DNA of 64,000 bases from Symploca sp. SIO2E6 (GCA_010672425.1 JAAHGR010000028.1:3260-67259); one strand, 5' to 3'; shown: positions 19,455 through 28,307, counted from the first letter of the stretch. Translations and numbers: made by a program. The notes: generated by a model not told the origin, from the letters alone.

Positions 19455-20342
19455 CTACAATGGCAAATACCGTGAGCTACTATCCTTTGGTCGTGCCTTC
19501 AAATACCGCGAGGTAGTTGAGAGCGACTTGTGCCCCAAGCCATCTCTAACCAGATGCGGTGGACAACCTCTATCAAGAGAATGGGAGGCATGACTGTGGC
19601 GAAACCAGTGCGGCGAGACGTTTTTGCCAATCCCTGCTCTTACAGCCGCATCCCTTACAATCCGATTAACCCTTGACGGATCAAGCCGCCCCTCATGGCT
19701 ATGCTTTCTGGAGCGAAACACCGGAGCATCACCTGCCGCCCCTTGGCGAAGCTGGCACAAGAGCTTCCAGACGGGAGCTGGCAGCTCCATTACTCTGGTG
19801 ATACCACCTTTGCCAAAGATGGTGATTATCCCCTCCTCTCCCCTCTCACTCAAATCGTTCCAGCTAAGGGATACCAGCTCACTTACTCTCAAACACCCAT
19901 AATAGAGAAGCCGCAAGATTGCCTCATTTCGAGGATTAGGCTCCATTGCAATCATCTTCTGGACTTCAACCTCAGTTAAAATCCGCTCACCCAAGGTATC
20001 CTTGGCTTTGGGAGGCTTCACAATCCTTGCCACATTAAAGGGCAGCACCCCCAACTCATGCCCGAAGGTAAAAAGGGACTTGATGCTTGCCAGTGCATTT
20101 CGTTGAGTGTTGGGAGAGTATCTCTCAAGGGAGGATTGCCAGTGCTGTAGCTCTTCAAGGGTAACAAGATGAAGAGGTTTATAGTCCACCGACTCAAGAA
20201 ACCGCTCAACCCAGATGGTGTACTTGCGGATGGTGTTGTCTGGTTTTCCATGCAGCCACATTGAGATCAGCCGCTCATTTGAGACGGCTTGGCGTTCAAT
20301 GATAGTTGAGGTTCCTTGGTCGGTTATTGTAACTAAATCCAT
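19455..20342 (-). CDS. Tyrosine recombinase (XerC/D-like integrase)
   Basis: LRVSELVSLSW (Arg box), HWFRHSHASH and LGHKSLSTTSRYL catalytic motifs. Confidence 0.85.
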   Translation of the reverse strand: MDLVTITDQGTSTIIERQAVSNERLISMWLHGKPDNTIRKYTIWVERFLESVDYKPLHLVTLEELQHWQSSLERYSPNTQRNALASIKSLFTFGHELGVLPFNVARIVKPPKAKDTLGERILTEVEVQKMIAMEPNPRNEAILRLLYYGCLRVSELVSLSWNDLSERGEEGIITIFGKGGITRVMELPAPVWKLLCQLRQGAAGDAPVFRSRKHSHEGRLDPSRVNRIVRDAAVRAGIGKNVSPHWFRHSHASHSLDRGCPPHLVRDGLGHKSLSTTSRYLKARPKDSSSRYLPL

Positions 20343-20378
20343 GAGCTTGTGCTTTGAAGCTATTGTAGAGGTTGCGTT

Positions 20379-20699
20379 TCAGCCTCTTTCTCCATAGATC
20401 GATTCACGACTAATCGCTTCATCAGAGAGCAGAGGAAGCTGTAAATCTCGGTGGCTTTCTACCCATTCAATAAAAGCTTTTCTGCGTTCAGTTGGAACAA
20501 TCGTTTCATCCTCATTAGTTACCAATTGTCCGAGTAAAGTATTGAGATATGGCTTAATTTGTTCAGGAGTACGGCTTGTAATCTTAACCAAAGTCATAAG
20601 GATATCTTCTAACTCATCCTTATAGGTACGGGCAAACTCTTGCAGATTTCCAGCGAGTAGTCGTTGCCCATTATCTTCTTTTGACGTGCTGGTATCCAT
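20379..20699 (-). CDS. Hypothetical protein, possible antitoxin-like third gene of the TA operon
   Basis: Start chosen at the ATG at 20699 (AAGGA upstream). C-terminus LSDEAISRESIYGERG resembles cyanobacterial antitoxin tails. Weak. Confidence 0.4.
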   Translation of the reverse strand: MDTSTSKEDNGQRLLAGNLQEFARTYKDELEDILMTLVKITSRTPEQIKPYLNTLLGQLVTNEDETIVPTERRKAFIEWVESHRDLQLPLLSDEAISRESIYGERG

Positions 20700-20763
20700 A
20701 ATCGTTGGTGCTTCCTTACTCTTCATCCTCAAAAAAATTTTCAATACGAGCCATTTTCCTTGT

Positions 20764-21333
20764 CTAAAAATCTTCATCTTCTAGTGATTTAACAACTCGT
20801 TTAAGGTCTGAACGCCAAAGGGTATTAAGAAATTCGTCTCTATTCATTGGTGGTTTCTTCAATGAACGCCGTTGCAAACCCACTGCCATCACAAATTCAT
20901 CTGGGTACATTTTTCTGAGCATAAGCAAAAATTCATCTGGATGCTGTACACTCAAACCATATTCATTCAACACATCTCGCGGAAAGTCTTTCAAATTTGT
21001 GGTAACAATTACATCCGATTGAGACTGAATTGCTGCTGCTACAACATGCCGATCATTCGGATCGGGAAGTAAGATTTTCTCGATATGAGATTCGTAATCC
21101 TCAACGAGACAACCCACAACATTTTCATTCATTAACAAACTGGTACGCTGTAGTCGCTCCCTTGAAAGATGAGGCTTTCTCTCCAAGACTGAGCGTATCC
21201 ATTCCTCATGAATACGGGCAGTCCATCGTGGACGAAAGATTCTTTGTAATGCAACCTGCATAAATAAATCTCGAACAGGCGCAGGATGTAATACACATGC
21301 ATCAAGAACCGCTGTTATCTTCTTATTTGACAC
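20764..21333 (-). CDS. PIN-domain nuclease toxin
   Basis: N-terminal VLDACVL and conserved acidic positions (PDPNDRHVVAAAI...VTTNLKDF) typical of PIN. 4-nt gap to the upstream HTH gene. Confidence 0.7.
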   Translation of the reverse strand: MSNKKITAVLDACVLHPAPVRDLFMQVALQRIFRPRWTARIHEEWIRSVLERKPHLSRERLQRTSLLMNENVVGCLVEDYESHIEKILLPDPNDRHVVAAAIQSQSDVIVTTNLKDFPRDVLNEYGLSVQHPDEFLLMLRKMYPDEFVMAVGLQRRSLKKPPMNRDEFLNTLWRSDLKRVVKSLEDEDF

Positions 21334-21336
21334 AAG

Positions 21337-21762
21337 CTAATACCCTAAATCTAATTCTTGTGCCTCTTCTGCAAGCTGTTCAAGAGTAGTTGCCCGTTTT
21401 CTATCTAATGCTTCTCTAAATTCCATAACATCCTCGACACGTAGCCTTCGGTGTCCATTTCCAAGCCGTTCACAAGGAATAGCAATTTTGCCGTTATCAA
21501 GAAGGTCACAAAGATGTTGCCTACTAATATCTAATACCTCCGCTGCTTCTGAAGTTGTCATATATTGTTTTTTGGGTGAAACAACGAGTGTTTTTCCTTT
21601 TTCAAGTTCACGAATGATTTGATGTAAGACATTAAACAAGTCCGGCGGTACAGGTAACTCTGTTTTCGCACCTTCAAGTGTAGCGGTTAGCTTAGTAAGC
21701 TTGGCATTTTTAAGAGGTTCAATCGCTTTTTTAATACGAGATGAATCAAATTGAATAGTCAT
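21337..21762 (-). CDS. Excisionase/MerR-type HTH DNA-binding protein (antitoxin candidate)
   Basis: MTTSEAAEVLDISRQHLCDLLDNGKI...RRLRVEDVMEF helix-turn-helix pattern. Confidence 0.65.
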   Translation of the reverse strand: MTIQFDSSRIKKAIEPLKNAKLTKLTATLEGAKTELPVPPDLFNVLHQIIRELEKGKTLVVSPKKQYMTTSEAAEVLDISRQHLCDLLDNGKIAIPCERLGNGHRRLRVEDVMEFREALDRKRATTLEQLAEEAQELDLGY

Positions 21763-21970
21763 AAGCGACTCTATTATTTTTATTTATAAATAACCTTATA
21801 GTGATAATAACACAACAAACACCACAAACGCAACAAACACCACAGCATTAATTTTACTATAGGGCAAACCCACCACCTACATCGAATGTGTTGAGCTATT
21901 TTGACCTTACTCTACCCCTACCTGCGAACACCATATAACATCACTTCTCTTGCGTTCGCACTGTCTTGAC

Positions 21971-22042
21971 TTACAGTAATTTATACCGTAATTATCGTAT
22001 TAAATACAATATAAATTACTACTATTATCGTAATTACTGTAA
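21971..22042. promoter_or_regulatory. Inverted and direct repeats in the divergent promoter region before the kfrA-like gene
   Basis: ttacagtaatt (21971-21981) is complementary to aattactgtaa (22032-22042). cgtaatta is repeated at 21987 and 22029. Confidence 0.4.
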
Positions 22043-23079
22043 TGGCAAGAATTAAACTTTCCGCAGCAATGGCGTTTGAAGCCGCCAAGGAGCTTGCACA
22101 AGAGGGTGAGGAGGTAAACTCAAGCACTCTCTGGATGAGGTGTGGTGGTATAGGATCAGTTACCACCGCAAAGAAATGGGCAGAACTCTGGCAAGCCTTT
22201 GAGAAGCAAGAGCAGGTAGACAAAAAGCTTGAGCAGTATCGCCCCGTCTATGAGACAGTAAAAGAGGGAGAGGAGGTAGATGCTGCTGGTGATGAGTATG
22301 CAGAAGAAGAGCCTATCCCACAAGTTGTTGGGGCAACTCAAGATTATGCCATACAGATTTCAGCCATTGTACGGGAGCTGGTTGAGGAGAAAACCCGTGA
22401 ACTTGCCTCCGCTTCCAGTGCGCTGGTAGAGAAAGCAGAGCAAAAGGAAAGGCAAGCAACTCATCAGGTGGCAGCATCTAAGGAAGAGCTTAATGAAGCC
22501 CAGAAGAAGATAGCCTCCCTTGAAGCAAACAAACAGCAGCTTCACAACGACTTGCAGACAAGGCAGGGACAAATTCAGGAGTTAGAAAAACAACTCAAAG
22601 ATGCTCAGCAGAGGCATACCACTATAGAGGAACACAATAGGGAGCTTTCAAAGCAGCTTGGGGAAGCAGAGGAGAGAGTAGCAACCCTTGAGCGGGAGGG
22701 TGAGGCATCCAAGCAAGAGTTAAAGAACCTTAATGCAGAGCGGGAGAAACTAGGAAGCCAGTTGGTGTCAACTCAAGAGTTAATACGAGAGCGTGAGGTA
22801 AGCATTAGCAGCTTGGAGCGGGATAAGGCAATAGCCGAGGCAAGGGCAGGTGATCTTGTTCATCAAGTGGAAAGGGAACAACATCATGCTGAGGTGCTAG
22901 AAGCCAGAAATCAAGAGCTTTCAGAGCGGTTAACCCAGGAGGCGGCAAAGGCTGCAAGTGCTCAAGAGAGGGCAAGGCAGCTTGAGGCGCAGGTGGCAAA
23001 GTTTGAGGAGGAGAGGCTTATGGCTAAAGAAGGGGAAACCAAAAGTAGACGCAAAGTGTCACAGGAGAAACAAAAATGA
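22042..23079 (+). CDS. KfrA-like DNA-binding coiled-coil protein
   Basis: N-terminus AFEAAKELAQEGEEVNSSTLWMRCGGIGSVTTAKKWAELW fits the KfrA_N pattern. The rest is long E/K/Q-rich coiled coil. Confidence 0.6.
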   Translation: MARIKLSAAMAFEAAKELAQEGEEVNSSTLWMRCGGIGSVTTAKKWAELWQAFEKQEQVDKKLEQYRPVYETVKEGEEVDAAGDEYAEEEPIPQVVGATQDYAIQISAIVRELVEEKTRELASASSALVEKAEQKERQATHQVAASKEELNEAQKKIASLEANKQQLHNDLQTRQGQIQELEKQLKDAQQRHTTIEEHNRELSKQLGEAEERVATLEREGEASKQELKNLNAEREKLGSQLVSTQELIREREVSISSLERDKAIAEARAGDLVHQVEREQHHAEVLEARNQELSERLTQEAAKAASAQERARQLEAQVAKFEEERLMAKEGETKSRRKVSQEKQK

Positions 23080-23453
23080 TTGATGAGACATTCCATTACC
23101 ACACACGGTATAACCTGGTCAGTGCATTAGACCTTAGCACAGAGGCGTTTCAGGGGGAGGCTAAGTGTCGGGTGAGGGTGAATGGCAATACGGTAATAGC
23201 TTCAGAGCTTCCAGATAATCCAGGAATGAGTTTGACCAATGCAGCAGAGGAGGTAGCAATGCAAGTGGCTGGCCACTACGAGATTCCACTTGGAGAACTC
23301 ACCTGGATTGAACACTATCCAGAAGAGCCAAATCATGAGGAAAGTTTTGACCGTGTGGACTTTTCCTTTGAGCGGGGACGGCTTACCAAACCTCGCTGGA
23401 AGCCGATTACAAAAGAGGAAGCGATAGGTATGCTTGGGGACTATCATGACTGA
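23076..23453 (+). CDS. Hypothetical protein
   Basis: 125-aa ORF, ATGA overlap with the kfrA-like stop. Confidence 0.5.
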   Translation: MIDETFHYHTRYNLVSALDLSTEAFQGEAKCRVRVNGNTVIASELPDNPGMSLTNAAEEVAMQVAGHYEIPLGELTWIEHYPEEPNHEESFDRVDFSFERGRLTKPRWKPITKEEAIGMLGDYHD

Positions 23454-23712
23454 ACTAACACACCCCTTTACTCCAGATTGGGTCTCCCCTCCTGGCGATA
23501 CGATTGCCGATTTGTTAGAGGAGCGCGACTGGACACAGGCTCAATTAGCAGAGCGTCTAGGGTACACGACAAAACATATAAGCCAGCTCATCAACGGCAA
23601 AGCACCAATTGGCGAGGAGACTGCTCTCAAGTTAGAACGAGTTCTAGGCAGTACGGCAGGGTTTTGGCTCAATCGAGAAGCCCACTACCGCGCTCAACTG
23701 AGGAAGTGTTGA
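23434..23712 (+). CDS. XRE/HigA-type HTH antitoxin
   Basis: WTQAQLAERLGYTTKHISQLINGK HTH. C-terminal FWLNREAHY typical of HigA-like proteins. Confidence 0.75.
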   Translation: MGTIMTELTHPFTPDWVSPPGDTIADLLEERDWTQAQLAERLGYTTKHISQLINGKAPIGEETALKLERVLGSTAGFWLNREAHYRAQLRKC

Positions 23713-24074
23713 AATTGCACGAGCAAGTAATTGAGCAAAGGGGTGGAAGTACCGGAGTTCGAGATAGGGGTGCGTTGGAGTCCGCAGTGGCTCAGCCGCA
23801 GATGACGTTTGCTGGAGAATACCTCTATCCCACGCTGGTGGATAAAGCAGCCGCTTTGGGGTTCTCCCTAACCATGAATCATCCGTTTGTAGATGGCAAT
23901 AAGCGAACGGCTCATGCCGCGATGGAGGTGTTTTTGGTACTCAATGGGTTTGAGATTAATGCTTCAGTCGATAATCAGGAGGCGGTGATGCTGGCGTTGG
24001 CAGCGGGAAATCTCAAGCGTGAAGCATTTGTGAAATGGTTGGAGCAGCATCTTCAGTCTAGGAAAAGGGGGTAG
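23706..24074 (+). CDS. doc: Doc (death-on-curing, Fic-fold) toxin
   Basis: HPFVDGNKRTA Doc/Fic motif. In-frame GTG at 23706 gives a protein of about 122 aa, overlapping the antitoxin stop by 7 nt. Confidence 0.7.
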   Translation: MLKLHEQVIEQRGGSTGVRDRGALESAVAQPQMTFAGEYLYPTLVDKAAALGFSLTMNHPFVDGNKRTAHAAMEVFLVLNGFEINASVDNQEAVMLALAAGNLKREAFVKWLEQHLQSRKRG

Positions 24075-24166
24075 AAAATGCCTGAAGAGTTGTTTTGCTA
24101 TTCAAGTCAGAAAATCATGCAGGGCAAAGGAAACCTTGCTCCTCTATCCTGCATGGCTGTGATGCC

Positions 24167-24541
24167 CTAGTACTCAGACGGGAGGTGTAAAACACCATTC
24201 TGGAAGTACAGTTTTACCCGTTTTAGCGGAAAGTCGGTGAAGGGAATGTCTTGTGTAACCGCAACATTTCCTTCGTCCCGCTCGCATACCAACCTTGCTG
24301 AACGGTTATCATTGACCGTCAGCGTCCAAAACTGGAACTGCTGAAGCATTGCATCTTGACTAACTCGTGGATCGGTTTGCCAAGAGGCAATCGCATCAAT
24401 CAGCCAGTAAGCTCCCCCGCGCTCCGCCAGATATTGAACGCCGTCTGTGTAATGAATCCCCATCCAGTGCTGGTGGTAGCAACTCGTTCCCACGAACTGA
24501 GCTAGATCAGCTTCTTTCAGCGTCTTTGGTGCAATAGTCAT
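24167..24541 (-). CDS. DUF6876-like plasmid protein
   Basis: DLAQFVGTSCYHQHW...GGAYWLIDAIASWQ...VLHLPSEY matches my recollection of DUF6876. Start at the internal ATG at 24541. Confidence 0.55.
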   Translation of the reverse strand: MTIAPKTLKEADLAQFVGTSCYHQHWMGIHYTDGVQYLAERGGAYWLIDAIASWQTDPRVSQDAMLQQFQFWTLTVNDNRSARLVCERDEGNVAVTQDIPFTDFPLKRVKLYFQNGVLHLPSEY

Positions 24542-24968
24542 AAGGCAGTGCCCTCTATTCAACAGGGAGTTCCTGCAATCACAGGTCATGCCGATGAAAA
24601 AAACCTATGGCTATTAACCACAAAGCCTTTTCCCCGCATGGTTTTCTGACCATTAGCAGCAGCCTTCTACTCGCACCTTCATTCGTGAGAGTCAGAATAG
24701 CCATCCTAGTTCATGGGTTCAAGGGAGAGCGTTTAGGGGAGCCGTTTTGACCTTGCTGGAGCAAGAGACCCACTCTCTGCTCTGGCAAGCATTGAAGCTG
24801 AGAAGAAAAATAGAGCATGGCTTTTGCTATAGTGACAACTTGCGATAGTATATTTGTACTGCAAAAGAGAAATCGGTATGTCAAACCATAGCGGCAGCTA
24901 CATAATAAACAACGCGGCTAGATAACGGCATAAAGTCAGGGTAAGCATTTGATGTGAGGAGTAAATAA

Positions 24969-25964
24969 ATGACCGAGTATGATAGCCCGTGGAAAGAAAG
25001 CATTTCATTATATTTTCGTGAATTTCTGCGTTTTTTCTATCCATTGATAGAAGCAGATATAGAGTGGCAGAGAGGATTTGAGTTCTTAGATGTAGAGCTT
25101 CAAAAGATAAAAAGAGAGAGCGAAACTGGCAAGAGGGAAGTTGATAAATTAGTAAAAGTATGGCGAAAAAGTGGAGAAGAACAGTGGGTATTCTTGCACA
25201 TCGAAATCCAATCGCAACGCCGAAGCGATTTTCAGGAACGTATATACATCTACCACAACAGGATTTTTGATCGGTATCGCAAAAGTGTGGTGAGCGTTGC
25301 GGTACTCGGAGATGAGGAAAATGGATGGCGACCAAACAATTATAAGCGAGAGCTGTGGGGATGTCGGGCACTATTAGAGTTTCCCGTGGTAAAGCTCTTG
25401 GACTATGATATTGATGAGCTGGCACAAAATCCCAACCCATTGGCAGCGATAGTGCAAGCACATCGAACCGCGCAAATTGCCAAAAACGATGTAGGAGTTG
25501 GATATGCAAATAAACTTTCCCTGATCAAAAGTTTGTATGAACGTGGATACGGGAGAGAGGATATTGTTCAATTATTCAGGTTGATTGACTGGTTTATTGC
25601 TTTACCAAAATTTGAAGAAGATAGACTGTGGCAAGAGATACAAACATTAGAGGAGAACAAAAAGATGCCTTACATTACAAGTGTTGAACGCAGAGGAATA
25701 GAAAAAGGATTACAGCAAGGATTACAGCAGGGCAAGCAGCAGGATATTCTCCAGCTCCTTGAGATTAGGTTTGAAGATGTAGCACAGGAATTGAAGCAGA
25801 TAATTGAGAAGCTAGATGATATTGAGCTACTCGGAAAACTTTTTGCTCAGGCAGTGACAACTCAGTCCTTAGAGGAGTTTGAATCTGTCGTCAGTCAAAA
25901 TGTCACTGATGGAGAAGAGCGCAATGTTGCTGAGAGTGAGAGCGAGGCCGAAAAAGAAGAGTAG
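24969..25964 (+). CDS. Rpn-family PD-(D/E)XK recombination-promoting nuclease / putative transposase with DUF4351 C-terminus
   Basis: N-terminus YDSPWKESISLYFREFLRFFYP and FLHIEIQSQ core, typical of cyanobacterial Rpn-like proteins. Confidence 0.65.
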   Translation: MTEYDSPWKESISLYFREFLRFFYPLIEADIEWQRGFEFLDVELQKIKRESETGKREVDKLVKVWRKSGEEQWVFLHIEIQSQRRSDFQERIYIYHNRIFDRYRKSVVSVAVLGDEENGWRPNNYKRELWGCRALLEFPVVKLLDYDIDELAQNPNPLAAIVQAHRTAQIAKNDVGVGYANKLSLIKSLYERGYGREDIVQLFRLIDWFIALPKFEEDRLWQEIQTLEENKKMPYITSVERRGIEKGLQQGLQQGKQQDILQLLEIRFEDVAQELKQIIEKLDDIELLGKLFAQAVTTQSLEEFESVVSQNVTDGEERNVAESESEAEKEE

Positions 25965-26041
25965 CAGGAGTTACGTTGCCACATTTGACCCCAAAGATGG
26001 ACTACTGTCTGGTCTCATTAGAACCTATCTGCACCTAAACG

Positions 26042-26758
26042 ATGAGGAGGAAAATGCCTTACATTACAAGCATTGAACGCCGAGGAATTGAGAAGGGCAA
26101 AAAGGAGAGTATTGTTCAGATACTTGAGTTTCGTTTTGAAGACGTAACGCAGGAATTGAGACAGATAATTGAAAAATTAGATGATATTGAGGTGCTAGGA
26201 AAACTTCTCATTCAAGCGGTTGCAACACCATCATTAGAGGCATTTGAGTCTTTCGTAAGTCAGAATGTTGCTGGCGATGCGCCAGGATTGAAAAAAGGAG
26301 AGCAGAGTTTCGGTGAAGACGATGATGAGCATTCCCTCATGACTCCAGTTGAGCTTGTCCACCATTTCTATGAAGATATCTGGAACAAGCAAGACAATAG
26401 CCAGATTCCTATTCTGCTGAGGAAAGAGCTAGTATTTCATGGCTCACTTGGTCAATATAAACGTGGACTATCAGAATTTGCTGACTATGTACGGATGGTA
26501 ACAACAGCCCTTGATGATTATTGCTGCACAGTGGAGGAATTGATTGTCGAAGAAAATAAGGCGTTTGCCAAGATGTTGTTTGAAGGCGTACATCAGGGTT
26601 ATTTCATGGGCTATGCCCCAACTGGCAAACGTGTCTGTTGGGCTGGAGCAGCCTTGTTTACCTGTAGGGCAGGCAAGATTGCGGAGCTTTGGGTACAAGG
26701 TGATGTTTATGGACTTCTCTCTCAACTTGAGAATGCTGAATCTCTTGTGGAGAAATAA
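26042..26758 (+). CDS. DUF4351-like segment fused to a SnoaL-like ester cyclase domain
   Basis: MPYITSIERRGIEKG...DDIEVLGKL duplicates the upstream gene's tail. C-terminal HHFYEDIWNK...GKIAELWVQGD is SnoaL/ester-cyclase-like. Alternative start at 26054. Confidence 0.6.
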   Translation: MRRKMPYITSIERRGIEKGKKESIVQILEFRFEDVTQELRQIIEKLDDIEVLGKLLIQAVATPSLEAFESFVSQNVAGDAPGLKKGEQSFGEDDDEHSLMTPVELVHHFYEDIWNKQDNSQIPILLRKELVFHGSLGQYKRGLSEFADYVRMVTTALDDYCCTVEELIVEENKAFAKMLFEGVHQGYFMGYAPTGKRVCWAGAALFTCRAGKIAELWVQGDVYGLLSQLENAESLVEK

Positions 26759-26938
26759 TATACACTCAACCGTGGGGTATATCTAAGCTTCATCAACCCT
26801 TTACACAAACCTCATCAACTCTTTATGCAACAGTGGCTACAACCCTGTCTTGATAGAGGATAATTAAATTAACAAAGAGAGACATACTCTCGCAGAGCAC
26901 CCCTTAAATTCTATAAATAACTACTATATTTACCCAAG

Positions 26939-26963
26939 ACCCGCCTGTACAGCTCAGGCGGGT
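26939..26963. terminator. Hairpin between convergent genes
   Basis: acccgcctg tacagct caggcgggt: 9-bp GC-rich stem. The T tract is weak. Confidence 0.35.
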
Positions 26964-26994
26964 AATTTAATGGCTGAAAGGCAATTTAGCAGAG

Positions 26995-27219
26995 TTAGAG
27001 CAATGGAGGCATTGGTCTAGCATAAGTGCCAGCCGGTTTGCGGTCATCAGGTCTTCCCGTAACAGGAGGTTTGTCTTGGCGCGAGTTGAGCTGCACCTTG
27101 AGTTTTTGGGAGTAAGGCTGCATCAACTGGCAACGGTGAGCTGATTTGACAAAGAGGGGAGATTGCACCATCAACAAGGTGGCGGTGGCAAAAAAAGTTA
27201 GCAAAAACCGTCGGTTCAT
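26995..27219 (-). CDS. Small secreted protein (74 aa)
   Basis: GGAGGG Shine-Dalgarno 8 nt before the ATG at 27219. Signal-peptide-like MNRRFLLTFFATATLLMVQSPLFV. Confidence 0.45.
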   Translation of the reverse strand: MNRRFLLTFFATATLLMVQSPLFVKSAHRCQLMQPYSQKLKVQLNSRQDKPPVTGRPDDRKPAGTYARPMPPLL

Positions 27220-27954
27220 TAGACACTCCCTCCAATGAACTTGTTGACAAACAAGGAAATAGAAGTTTTTGAAGTCTGAAATAGCTCCTTGAGCTGTGTG
27301 TTTAGGATAGGGCAATTAGCCCCGTAAGCCAGCTACAAGCGCACACCACTTGCGGCGCAAGAAAAGAAAAAGCAGCGTTGCTACTTGGGCTTTTCTTAAC
27401 TCACAAGAAAGTCCGTTTGTCTTGAGTGAAAATCTTTCATTATTTAAAGAGGACTAGTCAAACCTTAATCGGCAGGCAATGATCTCATATCGGGAAAATC
27501 CGCCATTGATGCCAGCACCATGCAGAGCTTGTAGAGTATATTTATTTGGTCTCGGCACATTGTCTAGCACCTCCTGAAGTGTTCAAGTCGGGCGAGAAAA
27601 AACAGAAGCTCCATTGATAACGGTAAGTGTTTGGGAGAGTACCTCAAAAGCGTTCTAAGAGTTACTCACATCCACAGGCAGCAATTTATGCATGGCCAAA
27701 GTATTTTTTACAAATGTTTACAACTCCCCGAAGGTGAGTTTCTCCTTAAGCTGCGCTACCCCGTCTTGGTGGAAGAAAGTAGAAGCATTTATCGGCAGAT
27801 GGAAAGTTAGAGAGGAAGGTTTCATTAGCTTAGATGAGGTGGAAGACCTCCTACATGGTCGTTGGTAACAACTAAGTTAAAAGCGGTTTTGTTGATAGTT
27901 GCTTCCCTTCCCCACAATTAAAGAACCTACACTGATAATCTCGCCTATTCTCTC

Positions 27955-28090
27955 CGCATACTCCCCCCCTCGTGGCATTTTGGCACAGGGGTACTCCATC
28001 GCAAGGGACGCTTGCGCTCTACACTTCGTTCCGCCCTTGCGACAGAGCCTCCCCCCTGTGCCTTGAAAAATGACCACGGGGGGGTATGCT
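27955..28090. repeat. Approximately 135-nt interrupted inverted repeat (large hairpin) followed by a T-rich run
   Basis: Paired blocks gcatac/gtatgc, ccccccc/ggggggg, gtgg/ccac, ggcacagggg/cccctgtgcc and cgcaaggg/cccttgcg, then ctttgttttttg. Confidence 0.75.
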
Positions 28091-28228
28091 TTGTTTTTTG
28101 CTCTATGAGAGAGAGTAGCAATTCACGCTACTTCGCTTTCGGCAACTTTCATCGATGAAAGCAACAGCAACCTGTCTCTTTATGTACAAAAATTGTAACA
28201 ATGATTGTCGGTTATTTGCGAAAAAATT

Positions 28229-28237
28229 TGTTATAAT
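28229..28237 (+). promoter_or_regulatory. Extended -10 promoter element (TGtTATAAT)
   Basis: tgttataat sits about 70 nt upstream of the ATG at 28308. No good -35. Confidence 0.35.
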
Positions 28238-28307
28238 AGAAGGGTAAGTAAAGGATAAGAGGCATCGCTACACCTCGTATACCTCGCAACATAAAGGTTT
28301 TTGAACA

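Noticed and set aside
23478-24074. 198-aa version of the Doc ORF starting at the ATG at 23478
   Set aside because: The first 76 codons are an out-of-frame read-through of the XRE antitoxin gene (R/S-rich). Doc homology begins near the GTG at 23706.
24898-25509. 203-aa minus-strand ORF overlapping the Rpn-like gene
   Set aside because: It is antisense to a gene with recognisable family motifs, and its product is hydrophobic and low-complexity with no motif.
27690-27877. Short ORFs (MHGQSIFYKCLQLPEGEFLLKLRYPVLVEE.. and ..FIGRWKVREEGFISLDEVEDLLHGRW) that look like a frameshifted gene remnant
   Set aside because: I could not assign a family or reconstruct a convincing single frame, so I left it unannotated.
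27877-28077. 66-aa minus-strand ORF
   Set aside because: It sits inside the large inverted repeat, and its G/C-run-derived sequence is implausible as a protein.
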